Shown in pieces: positions 39,585-49,495 of a DNA stretch of 64,000 nucleotides. The notes below the pieces were generated by a model. The model ran no database searches. It worked only from the letters and a program-made list of their open reading frames with translations, and was not told the origin of the DNA. Source of the stretch: an uncultured Gammaproteobacteria bacterium (GTDB lineage: Bacteria > Patescibacteriota > Patescibacteriia > CAZGFX01). The stretch covers positions 227,428 to 291,427 of the forward strand of contig CAZGFX010000002.1 in NCBI GenBank assembly GCA_964524845.1, given 5' to 3'. Both the position numbers and the translations under genes were made by a program. The first letter of the stretch is position 1; each line of letters opens with the position of its first letter.

Positions 39585-39950
39585 TTAAAAATTAATTCCT
39601 TGTGAGCGTATACCGTCAGCAAGTGCTTTGATACGACCGGTATATGCGTACCCACCACGATCAAACACAACTGATGAAATCCCTTTGTTCTTAGCCAATT
39701 TTCCAACTTCTTCTCCGAGTATTCGCGCTTGTTCAAGTGGTTTCTTTTTCTTTTGTTCTGCCGAAAGAACACGATCATCAAATGAGACGAGCGTACGACT
39801 ATTTGTATCATCAATTATTTGCACATACATGTGTACCAGACTTCTGTATACCGAAATACGAGGACGTGATAATGTCCCACATATTTGACTGCGTATTTTC
39901 GTATGTCGACGCATTCTTTTTATATTTCGTGATTGTGCGATACTCTTCAT
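39585..39950 (-). CDS. rplR: 50S ribosomal protein L18
   Basis: RPRISVYRS, VVFDRGGY. Confidence 0.97.
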   Translation of the reverse strand: MKSIAQSRNIKRMRRHTKIRSQICGTLSRPRISVYRSLVHMYVQIIDDTNSRTLVSFDDRVLSAEQKKKKPLEQARILGEEVGKLAKNKGISSVVFDRGGYAYTGRIKALADGIRSQGINF

Positions 39951-39981
39951 AAAATTGAATCAAAATTGTATTGTGTTCGCT

Positions 39982-40521
39982 TTATTTCGCGACCTTGCCC
40001 GCCTTACGAACAATGACTTCGTCTGCGTACTTAATTCCTTTACCTCCGTATGGTTCAGGCTTCTTTAATAAACGAATCTCCGCTGCTATCTGTCCTACTT
40101 TTTGTTTATCTTGCCCAGTTATCGTAATAAAATTATCAGTAACAACAAGGGTGACACCATCTAATGATGGTTTATATTCAACCGGATGAGAAAACCCTAT
40201 ATTAAGAGTTAGACCATTCCCCTTACTCTGAACGCGATAACCTACTCCAACCACCTCGAGCTTCTTACTATATTCTTTTGTAACTCCTTCGACTGCGTTA
40301 TTAATAAGACTTCTCATCATTCCCCAATGAGCCTTCTCTTCTTTGTTGTCTGTGTTTTTTATAGAACACACAACCGAACCGTTTTCATTAATTACGGTTA
40401 CAAAAGGACTTGGAGGAACGTGAACCGTACCCTTTGGTCCTTTAACATCAATACCCTTGTCTCCGATCGTTATCGAGACTCCCTCGGGAATAATAATAGG
40501 TTTTTTACCAATACGAGACAT
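39982..40521 (-). CDS. rplF: 50S ribosomal protein L6
   Basis: MSRIGKKPI, PEPYGGKGIKY. Confidence 0.98.
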   Translation of the reverse strand: MSRIGKKPIIIPEGVSITIGDKGIDVKGPKGTVHVPPSPFVTVINENGSVVCSIKNTDNKEEKAHWGMMRSLINNAVEGVTKEYSKKLEVVGVGYRVQSKGNGLTLNIGFSHPVEYKPSLDGVTLVVTDNFITITGQDKQKVGQIAAEIRLLKKPEPYGGKGIKYADEVIVRKAGKVAK

Positions 40522-40525
40522 ATGC

Positions 40526-40921
40526 TTACCAGACTTTACAAATTAATTCGCCTCCGATTTTACGACGGCGCGCTTCGCGCCCAGTCATAACTCCTTGCGA
40601 TGTTGAAACAATCGAAATACCAATACCACTCAAGACAAAAGGAATATTATTATAATCAATATATACTCTTCGTCCTGGTTTTGATACGCGCTCTATATTG
40701 GTAATTGCTGGGTTCTTACCTCTGTATTTAAGTGCTACACGAAGTATAGGAAAAGATCCTTTTTTCTCAACTTTTTCAAAACCATCAACATACCCGTTTT
40801 TTTGCAACATACCTGCAAGCGCATATTTCGTTTTTGAAAACGGAATCAAAGCCTCTTTCTTATGAGAAAAAGACGCGTTACGAATATGTGTCAAAAAATC
40901 TGCTATTGGATCAGTCATCAT
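40526..40921 (-). CDS. rpsH: 30S ribosomal protein S8
   Basis: MMTDPIADFLT, SKPGRRVY, GGELICKVW; start trimmed from the ORF track. Confidence 0.97.
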   Translation of the reverse strand: MMTDPIADFLTHIRNASFSHKKEALIPFSKTKYALAGMLQKNGYVDGFEKVEKKGSFPILRVALKYRGKNPAITNIERVSKPGRRVYIDYNNIPFVLSGIGISIVSTSQGVMTGREARRRKIGGELICKVW

Positions 40922-40934
40922 ATATGTGTATAAT

Positions 40935-41141
40935 TTACCAGCTTGATTTCTTAAGACCTGGAATTTCATTACGATCTGCGCGTTCTCGTAAACAAATACG
41001 GCACAAGTCAAAAAGCCGTACGTAACCGCGTGCTCGTCCGCACAATGCACATCGATTACGATGTCTGTTTCCAATTGCTTTGCCAGACGCCTCAATTGCG
41101 GCAAGCTTCTTCATCTTTGCTACTCGTGCTTTTGTTGCCAT
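40935..41141 (-). CDS. rpsN: 30S ribosomal protein S14 (Zn-binding type Z)
   Basis: RNRCALCGR...LCRICLRE...KSSW. Confidence 0.96.
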   Translation of the reverse strand: MATKARVAKMKKLAAIEASGKAIGNRHRNRCALCGRARGYVRLFDLCRICLRERADRNEIPGLKKSSW

Positions 41142-41146
41142 ATGTG

Positions 41147-41689
41147 TTATTTTTTAAACGGAAAACCTAGAAGTGTAAAAAATTCCAAACCTTTTTCTCG
41201 TGTACCGCATGTGGTAGTAAAGCTTACCTCGACTCCGTGCAGCTTCTCTACCTCATCTGATCGAATTTCAGGAAAAATATTGTATTCAGAAAAACCAACC
41301 GTTAGATTGCCATTCTGATCAAACCCCTTATTCGAATCCAGGCCACGGAAATCTCTAACACGTGAAAATGTAATGCTCAAAAGTTTATCAATAAAATCTT
41401 CCATTCTCTTTCCACGAAGTGTCGCCTTGACTCCGATGACCATGCCTTCGCGAAGCTTAAAGTTTGAAATTGATTTACGAGCTTTGATAAGCACCGGTTT
41501 TTGACCAGTGATACGTTTGAGCACGTTTTCCGCAACCTCGATCCATCCTTTATCATCTACCGCTTTCCCCAATCCAACATTTAGTGTGACTTTTGTTATT
41601 TTTGGCATAGCCATAACATTCGTGATGCCAAAACGCTCACGAAATGCCGGAATAACTTTCTTTTCATAATTTTCTTTGTATATAATCAT
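41147..41689 (-). CDS. rplE: 50S ribosomal protein L5
   Basis: ITGQKP, FKLREG, RVRDFRG. Confidence 0.98.
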   Translation of the reverse strand: MIIYKENYEKKVIPAFRERFGITNVMAMPKITKVTLNVGLGKAVDDKGWIEVAENVLKRITGQKPVLIKARKSISNFKLREGMVIGVKATLRGKRMEDFIDKLLSITFSRVRDFRGLDSNKGFDQNGNLTVGFSEYNIFPEIRSDEVEKLHGVEVSFTTTCGTREKGLEFFTLLGFPFKK

Positions 41690-41693
41690 ACAA

Positions 41694-42020
41694 TTACTTT
41701 TCTAAAATATGGCCTGATTTCTTCGTAATACGAACTTTTACGCCTTTTTCGTTTACTGTATACCCAACACGAGTTGGTTTTTCTGATTTCGGATCAATAA
41801 CCATAACGTTTGATATGTGTAATGGCGCATTAAATTCTATTTTTTGACCCTTATCTCCTTTTCGCGTTGGTCGAATATGACGATATCGAATATTTGCTCC
41901 TTCAACAACAACACGTTCTTCTTTTGGAAAAACCTGTGTAACAGATCCGATCGTTCCCTTATCTCTTCCTGCAACGATCTGAACCTTGTCTCCTACTTTT
42001 ATTTTGAATTTCGTTATCAT
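41694..42020 (-). CDS. rplX: 50S ribosomal protein L24
   Basis: GDKVQIVAGRDKG, PLHISNV. Confidence 0.97.
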   Translation of the reverse strand: MITKFKIKVGDKVQIVAGRDKGTIGSVTQVFPKEERVVVEGANIRYRHIRPTRKGDKGQKIEFNAPLHISNVMVIDPKSEKPTRVGYTVNEKGVKVRITKKSGHILEK

Positions 42021-42027
42021 ATGAATA

Positions 42028-42399
42028 CTATATTACTTCAGGAGCAAGTGAAATTATTTTTGCAAAACCAAGCTGACGAAGCTCTCGAGCAACAGGACCG
42101 AATATACGAGTTCCTTTCGGCTCTTTGTTTTTCTTATCTATAATTACAACAGCATTTTCATCAAATCGGATATAAGTTCCATCCTTGCGACGAAGCTCCT
42201 TGTGCTGACGAACCACAACTGCGTGATGTACTTCTCCCGATTTCACTTCTGTATGTGGAGTCGAGTGTTTCACTGTGACAGTAACAATATCTCCAATCTG
42301 AGCATATCGTTTTTTGTATCCACCCAACACCTTAATACACTGGACGCGGAGTGCGCCAGAATTATCAGCAACAGTAAGCATTGAACGGTGTTGAATCAT
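42028..42399 (-). CDS. rplN: 50S ribosomal protein L14
   Basis: [25 protein letters not shown]. Confidence 0.98.
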   Translation of the reverse strand: MIQHRSMLTVADNSGALRVQCIKVLGGYKKRYAQIGDIVTVTVKHSTPHTEVKSGEVHHAVVVRQHKELRRKDGTYIRFDENAVVIIDKKNKEPKGTRIFGPVARELRQLGFAKIISLAPEVI

Positions 42400-42405
42400 A
42401 GTTTT

Positions 42406-42687
42406 TTATTTTGTATCAATTGAAGCTAGTTTCCAGCACTTGTGTCGAGAAATTGGACGACACTCCTCTATAGAAACAATCATGCCAACTTTACACTTAT
42501 TAAGTGGATCGTGTACTTTATAATTTTTACTTCGAGTAATGATTTTCTTGTATTTTGAATGCTGAACAGAACGATCAACTCGAACGACAGTTGTTTTGTT
42601 CAACGAACCAGATACGACAAGACCTTGCAGTTTTCGTTTTCGAACTGCTGTTTTTTGAGTCGTTAACTGTTTATTTTTTGATTCCAT
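42406..42687 (-). CDS. rpsQ: 30S ribosomal protein S17
   Basis: GLVVS...KTTVV, ECRPISRHK. Confidence 0.96.
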   Translation of the reverse strand: MESKNKQLTTQKTAVRKRKLQGLVVSGSLNKTTVVRVDRSVQHSKYKKIITRSKNYKVHDPLNKCKVGMIVSIEECRPISRHKCWKLASIDTK

Positions 42688-42703
42688 AGTATTGTTTCGT
42701 CAT

Positions 42704-42898
42704 TTAAGCATGTTTTTTTAACTCTTTCAAGACTGTCTGTATTCGAGCTATATCGTTTCGAAGAACCTTAAATAAATGATTATGCTTAAGTTGGCCTGAC
42801 ACCACCTGTGCGCGCATTTTTTGGAGCTCTGTGCGTTTCTCAATAATGAGGCTCGCAAGCTCTTTTTCATTCATTTTTCTGAAATCCTGTATTTTCAT
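42704..42898 (-). CDS. rpmC: 50S ribosomal protein L29
   Basis: RNDIARIQTVL; position between rplP and rpsQ. Confidence 0.95.
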   Translation of the reverse strand: MKIQDFRKMNEKELASLIIEKRTELQKMRAQVVSGQLKHNHLFKVLRNDIARIQTVLKELKKHA

Positions 42899-42906
42899 AT
42901 GACTTT

Positions 42907-43329
42907 TTATGAATGATGTTTAATGACAAATTTCGTAGAAAGCGATATTTTGTGTTGTCCAAGACGAAGTGCTTCTTTTGCAACTTTTTCATCAACACCA
43001 CCAACCTCGAAAATAATCATTCCTGCGCGAATTTTTGCAACATAATGATCAGGACCACCCTTACCGCCTCCCATTTTCGTACCACTAACACCAGTACCAA
43101 TTGTACGAACAACATCTGGAAATACTCTAATATAAATATCACCGCCTCGATTCATGTGACGTGCCATAGCACGACGAGCGGCTTCAATCTGACGAGAGGT
43201 TATAAATCCAGCAACAATAGCCTTCATTCCATATTCACCAAACGCAACACTGCATCCGCGATGTGCCTTGCCTCTTATCTGATCTGTACGAAATTGCTTT
43301 CGATATTTAACTTTTTTTGGAGCCAACAT
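42907..43329 (-). CDS. rplP: 50S ribosomal protein L16
   Basis: PKKVKYRKQFR, RQIEAARR, MGGGKG. Confidence 0.97.
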   Translation of the reverse strand: MLAPKKVKYRKQFRTDQIRGKAHRGCSVAFGEYGMKAIVAGFITSRQIEAARRAMARHMNRGGDIYIRVFPDVVRTIGTGVSGTKMGGGKGGPDHYVAKIRAGMIIFEVGGVDEKVAKEALRLGQHKISLSTKFVIKHHS

Positions 43330-43330
43330 A

Positions 43331-44008
43331 TTAGTGTGTTTCTTTTAATGCCGCATGGGGTTGGTTTTCAGGATCGCTAAACTCTCCCTTGTATATCCAA
43401 ACCTTGATACCAATAATTCCGAATGTTGTGAGTGCTTCTGCGTGACTATAATCAATAAATGCACGAAGCGTTGTAAGAGGAATGCTTCCATCAACCAATG
43501 TTTCTGTGCGAGCAATATCAGCACCGTTTAAACGACCTGATATTTTTACCTTGATTCCCTTTGCACCCGAACGCATAACACGTTCAATCGTTTGTTTCAT
43601 GGAACGTCTAAATGGCATGCGTTTTTCAAGATCTTGTGCAATTGTGAAAGCAACAATATCAGCATTAAGATTCGGTTTCTTTATTTCTATAATGTTGATT
43701 TTAATTGTTTCTTTCTTACACTTAATCATCTTTGCCAAATTCTTCTGAAGTGTTTCCACTCCTGCGCCACCGCGACCAATTACAACTCCTGGTTTTGCCA
43801 AATTAATATTAATAGTAATATTATCAGCAAAACGTTCGATAATAATATCCGAAACATGCGCTTCTTTCAGTTGCTTTTTTATATAAGCGCGCATTCGAAG
43901 ATCATCCAATAACAAATGCGCATATCGCCTTTTACGTGCGTACCATTTTGATGTCCATTCAAGACCTGTGCCAAGTCGATAAGCTTTTGGATTTACTTTG
44001 GATGACAT
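43331..44008 (-). CDS. rpsC: 30S ribosomal protein S3
   Basis: KPGVVIGRGG, GRLNGADIAR, GIKVWIYKG. Confidence 0.98.
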   Translation of the reverse strand: MSSKVNPKAYRLGTGLEWTSKWYARKRRYAHLLLDDLRMRAYIKKQLKEAHVSDIIIERFADNITININLAKPGVVIGRGGAGVETLQKNLAKMIKCKKETIKINIIEIKKPNLNADIVAFTIAQDLEKRMPFRRSMKQTIERVMRSGAKGIKVKISGRLNGADIARTETLVDGSIPLTTLRAFIDYSHAEALTTFGIIGIKVWIYKGEFSDPENQPHAALKETH

Positions 44009-44011
44009 AAA

Positions 44012-44491
44012 TTATTTCTTCGTTGATTTTTCTTTCTTAGGTGTCAAAACAGGTGTTTTCTTTTTTGAAATTGGTTTCTTTGTTTTTATTTTGTTGCTTT
44101 CTGATGAGATATCCTCCTTCATTTCTGTTTTTGGTTCAACCGATGATTCAGTAGGTGAGGAGTGTATGCCCACTACAATCGTCACATGAGACATCTGACG
44201 TTTGAACTGAGCAGCACGACCCATCGCACGTGGCATAACACGCTTCAAAGCCATTCCTTGATTAACAAAAATTTCTTCGATTTTTAATAATTTTGGATCA
44301 AGATGATAATTATGCTCAGCGTTTGCGATAGCTGATTTTAAAAGTTTAAGTATAGGTGTAGCACTCTTTTTTAAAGAAAATTTAAGTTGTTCGCGCGCAA
44401 CATCAACGTTTTTTCCACGAATAAGACCGGCAACGAGACGTACTTTTCTCGGCGAAATTTTTAAGTTTTTAAGATGTGCTTGTACCTTCAT
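44012..44491 (-). CDS. rplV: 50S ribosomal protein L22 (charged C-terminal extension)
   Basis: ISPRKVRLVA, SAIANAEHN, PRAMGRA. Confidence 0.97.
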   Translation of the reverse strand: MKVQAHLKNLKISPRKVRLVAGLIRGKNVDVAREQLKFSLKKSATPILKLLKSAIANAEHNYHLDPKLLKIEEIFVNQGMALKRVMPRAMGRAAQFKRQMSHVTIVVGIHSSPTESSVEPKTEMKEDISSESNKIKTKKPISKKKTPVLTPKKEKSTKK

Positions 44492-44501
44492 AATTTAATT
44501 A

Positions 44502-44783
44502 TTATTTTGCAGAAGTAGTTGGTGTACTTGACTTCTGGCCTCCGTGTGCAACGAACTTACGTGTCGGAGAGAATTCACCAAGCTTGTGTCCAACCATGTT
44601 TTCTACAACATATACCTTTATAAAAGATTTGCCGTTGTGCACCATGAAATTAATTCCAACCATTTCAGGCGTAATCGTTGAAGAACGAGACCATGTCTTG
44701 ATAGTATCTCCCGGTTTTATGGAAGAAAGCTTCTTAAGAATACTCTCGTGAACAAAATAACCTTTTTTTAGACTTCGTGTCAT
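44502..44783 (-). CDS. rpsS: 30S ribosomal protein S19
   Basis: [19 protein letters not shown]. Confidence 0.98.
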   Translation of the reverse strand: MTRSLKKGYFVHESILKKLSSIKPGDTIKTWSRSSTITPEMVGINFMVHNGKSFIKVYVVENMVGHKLGEFSPTRKFVAHGGQKSSTPTTSAK

Positions 44784-44792
44784 ATGTTTATT

Positions 44793-45626
44793 TTATTTGG
44801 TGCGACGTGAAACAATATCACGATTAGACCTCTTGTGTTTCTTTCTTGTTTTCACACCCAATGCTGGTTTACCTGTATAAGTAACCGGTCGTTTCAAACC
44901 GATTGAGTTACGCGCCTCACCTCCACCATGACGATGATCAACTGGATTCATAACCTTACCGCGAACAGTAGGTCTGATACCACACAAACGGATACGCCCA
45001 GCCTTTCCCCATCGAATATTTCTGTATTCCGAATTGCTCACGCTGCCAACTGTAGCCATACATTCTTTATTCACCATACGTACTTCTCCAGATGGTAAAC
45101 GAAGAATTGCTTTCTGACCATCAATCGCAAGAAACATGATTGCATTACCAGCTGAACGTGCAATTTTGCCTCCTGCATGCGGAGTCAATTCAACATTGTG
45201 TATTTCAATACCGGTAGGCAATTGTGAAAGAGGCATTCGATTTCCGGGAATAACATCGACTCTGTTTAATGATGATATTATCTTATCTCCTTGTTTCATA
45301 TCTTTGTGAGCGATAACATATCTTTTCTCACCATCTGCATAACAAACAAGTGCGATAAAAGCATTTCTGTTTGGATCATATTCTATGGTTTGGACAATTC
45401 CTGGAATATCATATTTGTCCATAATAAAATCTACGATACGACAAAAACGTTTCACACCACCGCCTCTGTGACGAACAGTTATCTTGCCTTGGTTATTGCG
45501 ACCTGCTTTGGTTTTGATTGTAAAACGAAGAGCTTTTGGCGGATTGTTCGGAGACAAAATATCATTAACAACCACGCTTGTTCCGCGTCGTCCCGGTGTA
45601 GTCGGTCTGTATATTTTTATCGCCAT
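44793..45626 (-). CDS. rplB: 50S ribosomal protein L2
   Basis: GRNNQGKITVRHRGGG, EYDPNR, MNPVDH. Confidence 0.98.
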   Translation of the reverse strand: MAIKIYRPTTPGRRGTSVVVNDILSPNNPPKALRFTIKTKAGRNNQGKITVRHRGGGVKRFCRIVDFIMDKYDIPGIVQTIEYDPNRNAFIALVCYADGEKRYVIAHKDMKQGDKIISSLNRVDVIPGNRMPLSQLPTGIEIHNVELTPHAGGKIARSAGNAIMFLAIDGQKAILRLPSGEVRMVNKECMATVGSVSNSEYRNIRWGKAGRIRLCGIRPTVRGKVMNPVDHRHGGGEARNSIGLKRPVTYTGKPALGVKTRKKHKRSNRDIVSRRTK

Positions 45627-45634
45627 ACATCAAT

Positions 45635-45991
45635 TTATTTAGTGTGAAAAGTATCGATAACAGATCCTTTCGGAAGTGTTATAATTGCTTTTTTCCAAGA
45701 ATTTCTTTTGCCTTCACGAGCTCCAAAACGAACTTTTTTTCCACGAACAATCATCGTTGCAACTTTTTCTGGACGAACTCCGTATACCGCCGCAACAGAA
45801 CGCGCTATGGAAACTTTGTTTGCATTTCGCGCAACTTCAAAAACATACTGTCTCATGCCTTGTATTGATGATGTCTTTTCAGTTACAACTGGTCTGACAA
45901 GTATAGTATGAGAATCAAAAGAATCCAGTGTTTTTATATCACGTGGTTCTGAAGATTTTTCGATTGTTTTCTTTTTGCGCAACAATGACAT
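45635..45991 (-). CDS. rplW: 50S ribosomal protein L23
   Basis: RPVVTEK, WKKAIITL. Confidence 0.96.
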   Translation of the reverse strand: MSLLRKKKTIEKSSEPRDIKTLDSFDSHTILVRPVVTEKTSSIQGMRQYVFEVARNANKVSIARSVAAVYGVRPEKVATMIVRGKKVRFGAREGKRNSWKKAIITLPKGSVIDTFHTK

Positions 45992-45999
45992 ATGTATAA

Positions 46000-46629
46000 T
46001 TAGTAAGCGTAGGTTTTTTCTACCTCCGCAACGGCAGGGGTGGTAAGTACAATATATTCATACTTAAGCACATCAACAATATTTAGGCTTTGTGCATTGG
46101 TAATATGCGTTGAACGCACGTTTCGCACTGCACGAACCACATTTGAAACCTTGCCTGGAAGAGCAACAAGCACTTTTTTTCCGGAACACGGAAGATTTTT
46201 TAAAATAGAAGCAATCTCTTTTGTCTTGTATTCTTTTGATTGCAATTCATCTAAAATAATAATCTTATCGTGTGCGAATTTATCTGACAGTGCAATACAC
46301 ACTGCTTTTTTCTTTGTTTTCTTATTGATCTTCAAGGAAAAATTTCTTTCATTTGTAGGACCAAATACAATTCCTCCTCCAACCCACTGAGGAGCACGAA
46401 TGGATCCTTGACGAGCACGACCAGTGCCTTTCTGACGCCATGGTTTCTTTCCACCACCTCTTACATCAGAACGAGTCTTGGTATGTGCTACGGCACTTCG
46501 ATTGTTCGCCATCTGAGCACGAACAGCGTCATATACGACTGTTTCATTAATAGGAAGACCGAAGATCTCTTTCTTAAGATCTATTTCTTCTTTTATTTTT
46601 CCCGTGCTGTCGTATACTTTTGTTTTCAT
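46000..46629 (-). CDS. rplD: 50S ribosomal protein L4
   Basis: GGGKKPWRQKGTGRAR. Confidence 0.98.
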   Translation of the reverse strand: MKTKVYDSTGKIKEEIDLKKEIFGLPINETVVYDAVRAQMANNRSAVAHTKTRSDVRGGGKKPWRQKGTGRARQGSIRAPQWVGGGIVFGPTNERNFSLKINKKTKKKAVCIALSDKFAHDKIIILDELQSKEYKTKEIASILKNLPCSGKKVLVALPGKVSNVVRAVRNVRSTHITNAQSLNIVDVLKYEYIVLTTPAVAEVEKTYAY

Positions 46630-46648
46630 ACGTAGTTACGTTTTTTGA

Positions 46649-47557
46649 TTACGCTTGTATCTTATCATTCTTTTCTTCTGTGTCTTCTTTGTTTTCTACC
46701 AATTCTTCTGCTTTCTCTTCGTTGTTTTTCTGCGCTTCTTGTTCTTCTGGTTTTTCGGAAGTAGTGACTTCTTCTGAAACAGGAGCGTCTTTTGAAACAA
46801 CCTCCTCTAACACAGGTGTTTCAGATACGTTTGTATCGCTTATTAAAGCCGAATTATCTTCAACAACGCGTGCGGTATTATTATCTTTTATATTATCATT
46901 GTCAATGCTGGAACCCTCTGTTTTCGACAGTTTTTCAGATACTTTGAGGTCTCCATTTCCCTCTATATATACAATACCACCAATGTGACCAGGAACCGCT
47001 CCAAGAAGATACAAAAGATTTTTCTCTGGATCAACCTTTTCTATTGTAAGATTTATAATCGTATGCTGATCGCCACCCATACGTCCTGGTTTTTTTACAC
47101 CAGGAAATACACGTTGTGGAGCCTGTGCTCCTGACGATCCAGGCATTCTTAACTGATCCTTGTGACCATGTGTTTTAGGATGACCTCCAAACCCGTGGCG
47201 TTTCACAACACCTTGGAATCCCTTGCCTTTCGTAACTCCTGTAACTTTTACAACATCTCCCGAAGCAAATGTATCAACAGTAATGACATCGCCTTTTTTC
47301 GCAATATTCGCATCTTCTATATGAAATTCCTTCAAAAAACGATTTGTTTCAATATCACCACAATGTCCTTTCTGTGGTTTATTAATGTTTTTTGCTTTTC
47401 CAAATCCAATTTGAAACGCTCCATACCCGTGTGTATCTGGACGTTTAACTTCAGTGATATGACATGGGCCGGCCTCAATAACCGTTACCGGTTTTACAGT
47501 GCCGTCCGCATCAAACAACTGCGTCATCTCAATCTTTTTTCCAATAATAAACTTCAT
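46649..47557 (-). CDS. rplC: 50S ribosomal protein L3 with long acidic C-terminal extension
   Basis: MKFIIGKKIEMTQ, KGKGFQGVVKRH, GAVPG; start trimmed to 47557. Confidence 0.97.
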   Translation of the reverse strand: MKFIIGKKIEMTQLFDADGTVKPVTVIEAGPCHITEVKRPDTHGYGAFQIGFGKAKNINKPQKGHCGDIETNRFLKEFHIEDANIAKKGDVITVDTFASGDVVKVTGVTKGKGFQGVVKRHGFGGHPKTHGHKDQLRMPGSSGAQAPQRVFPGVKKPGRMGGDQHTIINLTIEKVDPEKNLLYLLGAVPGHIGGIVYIEGNGDLKVSEKLSKTEGSSIDNDNIKDNNTARVVEDNSALISDTNVSETPVLEEVVSKDAPVSEEVTTSEKPEEQEAQKNNEEKAEELVENKEDTEEKNDKIQA

Positions 47558-47700
47558 AATGATTTCGTAAGAAACAAATACGATATGTTCGTATGTAATA
47601 TGCGTACAAATTTGTGTACAAAACATCGATACGTATCGCGTCACAATATTCCGTACAAAAAAATAATCTGTACGAAAATTATTTAGAAACAGAGATAAAA

Positions 47701-48027
47701 TTAATAATTTTTGATCTCCACTTCTACACCAGCCGGCAATGAAAGCGATGAGAGTCCTTCGATTGTTGTTGGATTGAAATTGAATATATCAACAACTCTC
47801 TTATGAGTTCTCATTTCATACTGCGTTCTTGCGTTCTTGTGTACAAACGTTGACTTTAGAAGCGTGAACTTCTTTTTATCAGTTGGCAATGGAATTGGCC
47901 CTTTTACGTTTGCTCCTGATCTTCGTGCAGTATCAATAATCGTCTTCGCCGCCTGATCAATAATCTTATGATCGTAAGAACGAATTTTAATGCGTATCTT
48001 CGAAGCGTCTGTGTTTTTTTCAGTCAT
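47701..48027 (-). CDS. rpsJ: 30S ribosomal protein S10
   Basis: IRIKIRSYDH, GPIPLPT, LPAGVEVEI. Confidence 0.98.
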   Translation of the reverse strand: MTEKNTDASKIRIKIRSYDHKIIDQAAKTIIDTARRSGANVKGPIPLPTDKKKFTLLKSTFVHKNARTQYEMRTHKRVVDIFNFNPTTIEGLSSLSLPAGVEVEIKNY

Positions 48028-48059
48028 ATTTCAATTAATGCGTATACCTCAAGAGAAGA

Positions 48060-48094
48060 TGGAAGAGCTTGCACATAAGTGACAAGCTCTTCCA
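48060..48094 (-). terminator. Strong hairpin between tuf and rpsJ
   Basis: TGGAAGAGCTTG-CAC...GTG-ACAAGCTCTTCCA. Confidence 0.55.
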
Positions 48095-48109
48095 ATGTTC
48101 GAGAGCCGA

Positions 48110-49297
48110 TTATTTAATAACCTTTGAGATCACTCCTGACCCGACAGTTCTGCCACCCTCTCGGATAGCTAAACGCTGTTGAGCTTCGAGCGCAATCGGC
48201 TTAAGCAACTTAACCTTAACAGTAACATGATCACCAGGCATAACCATTTCCATACCCTCTGGTAATTCCAATTCACCCGTAACATCTGTTGTGCGAATAT
48301 AGAACTGTGGTTTATAACCTTTGAAAAACGGAGTATGACGACCACCTTCGTCTTTCGTAAGAATGTAGAGCTGCGCCTCAAATTCTGTATGAGGAGTCGC
48401 TGAACCAGGAGCAACAATTACTTGTCCTCTTTCTACATCTTCTTTCTTTAAGCTTCTGAGAAGTAAACCGGCATTATCGCCTGCCATACCCTCATTAAGA
48501 CTTTTGTTAAACATCTCGACTCCGGTAATAACGCTTTTTTGAGTATCGCGCAAACCAACAATTTCTACCTCGTCTCCAACTTTTATTTGTCCTCTTTCAA
48601 TACGGCCTGTAACAACTGTACCTCGGCCAGAAATTGAGAAAACATCTTCAATTGGCATAAGGAATGGTTTATCGATATCGCGTTTTGGTGTTTCAATGTA
48701 AGTATCAACCGCTTCCATAAGATCAAGAATTGCTTTCGCATCAGGACCTGATGGATTTTCGAGAGCCTTAAGTGCAGAACCTCTTATAATAGGGGTCTTG
48801 TCACCAGGAAATTCATATTTTGAAAGTAAATCGCGAATTTCTTGTTCAACAAGTTCAACAAGCTCTGGGTCAGAAACCTGATCCATCTTGTTTAAAAATA
48901 CTACAACATAAGGAACACCTACTTGTTTTGCTAGAAGGATGTGTTCGCGTGTCTGAGGCATCGGACCGTCAGCTGCGGAAACAACAAGAATTGCTCCGTC
49001 CATCTGTGCGGCACCTGTAATCATGTTTTTTACATAATCAGCATGTCCCGGACAATCTACGTGCGCGTAGTGACGCGCTGCAGTTTCATACTCAACGTGA
49101 GCAGCAGAGATAGTAATACCACGAGCTTTTTCCTCGGGCGTACCATCAATCTGATCAACACCTTTCTGTTGAGCGGCAAAACCGCCTGCATTGAGCACGG
49201 ACAAAATAGCCGCGGTCAACGTTGTCTTCCCATGATCTACATGACCAATGGTACCGACATTGACGTGTGGTTTTGATCTGTTAAAACTATCTGCCAT
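48110..49297 (-). CDS. tuf: Elongation factor Tu
   Basis: [29 protein letters not shown]. Confidence 0.99.
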   Translation of the reverse strand: MADSFNRSKPHVNVGTIGHVDHGKTTLTAAILSVLNAGGFAAQQKGVDQIDGTPEEKARGITISAAHVEYETAARHYAHVDCPGHADYVKNMITGAAQMDGAILVVSAADGPMPQTREHILLAKQVGVPYVVVFLNKMDQVSDPELVELVEQEIRDLLSKYEFPGDKTPIIRGSALKALENPSGPDAKAILDLMEAVDTYIETPKRDIDKPFLMPIEDVFSISGRGTVVTGRIERGQIKVGDEVEIVGLRDTQKSVITGVEMFNKSLNEGMAGDNAGLLLRSLKKEDVERGQVIVAPGSATPHTEFEAQLYILTKDEGGRHTPFFKGYKPQFYIRTTDVTGELELPEGMEMVMPGDHVTVKVKLLKPIALEAQQRLAIREGGRTVGSGVISKVIK

Positions 49298-49495
49298 GGT
49301 TGTTAATTAAAAATTTCTTACTGTTAGGAATCAAGTGTGCCAAAAAAGGACACTTAGATCAACTCTATGAGTGCGGAAAACCGCTTAACATAGTGTTTTT
49401 TCTTTTGAAACAAAAGAAAAGACGATAAACGTCAGAAGCATTGTAACAAAAATTTGATTTTATGCAAGGGTATAACCTCTTGAAAACTTCGATTG

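Noticed and set aside
40922-41104. N-terminal extension of S8 in the ORF track
   Set aside because: Overlaps rpsN in another frame; S8 homology begins at MMTDP.
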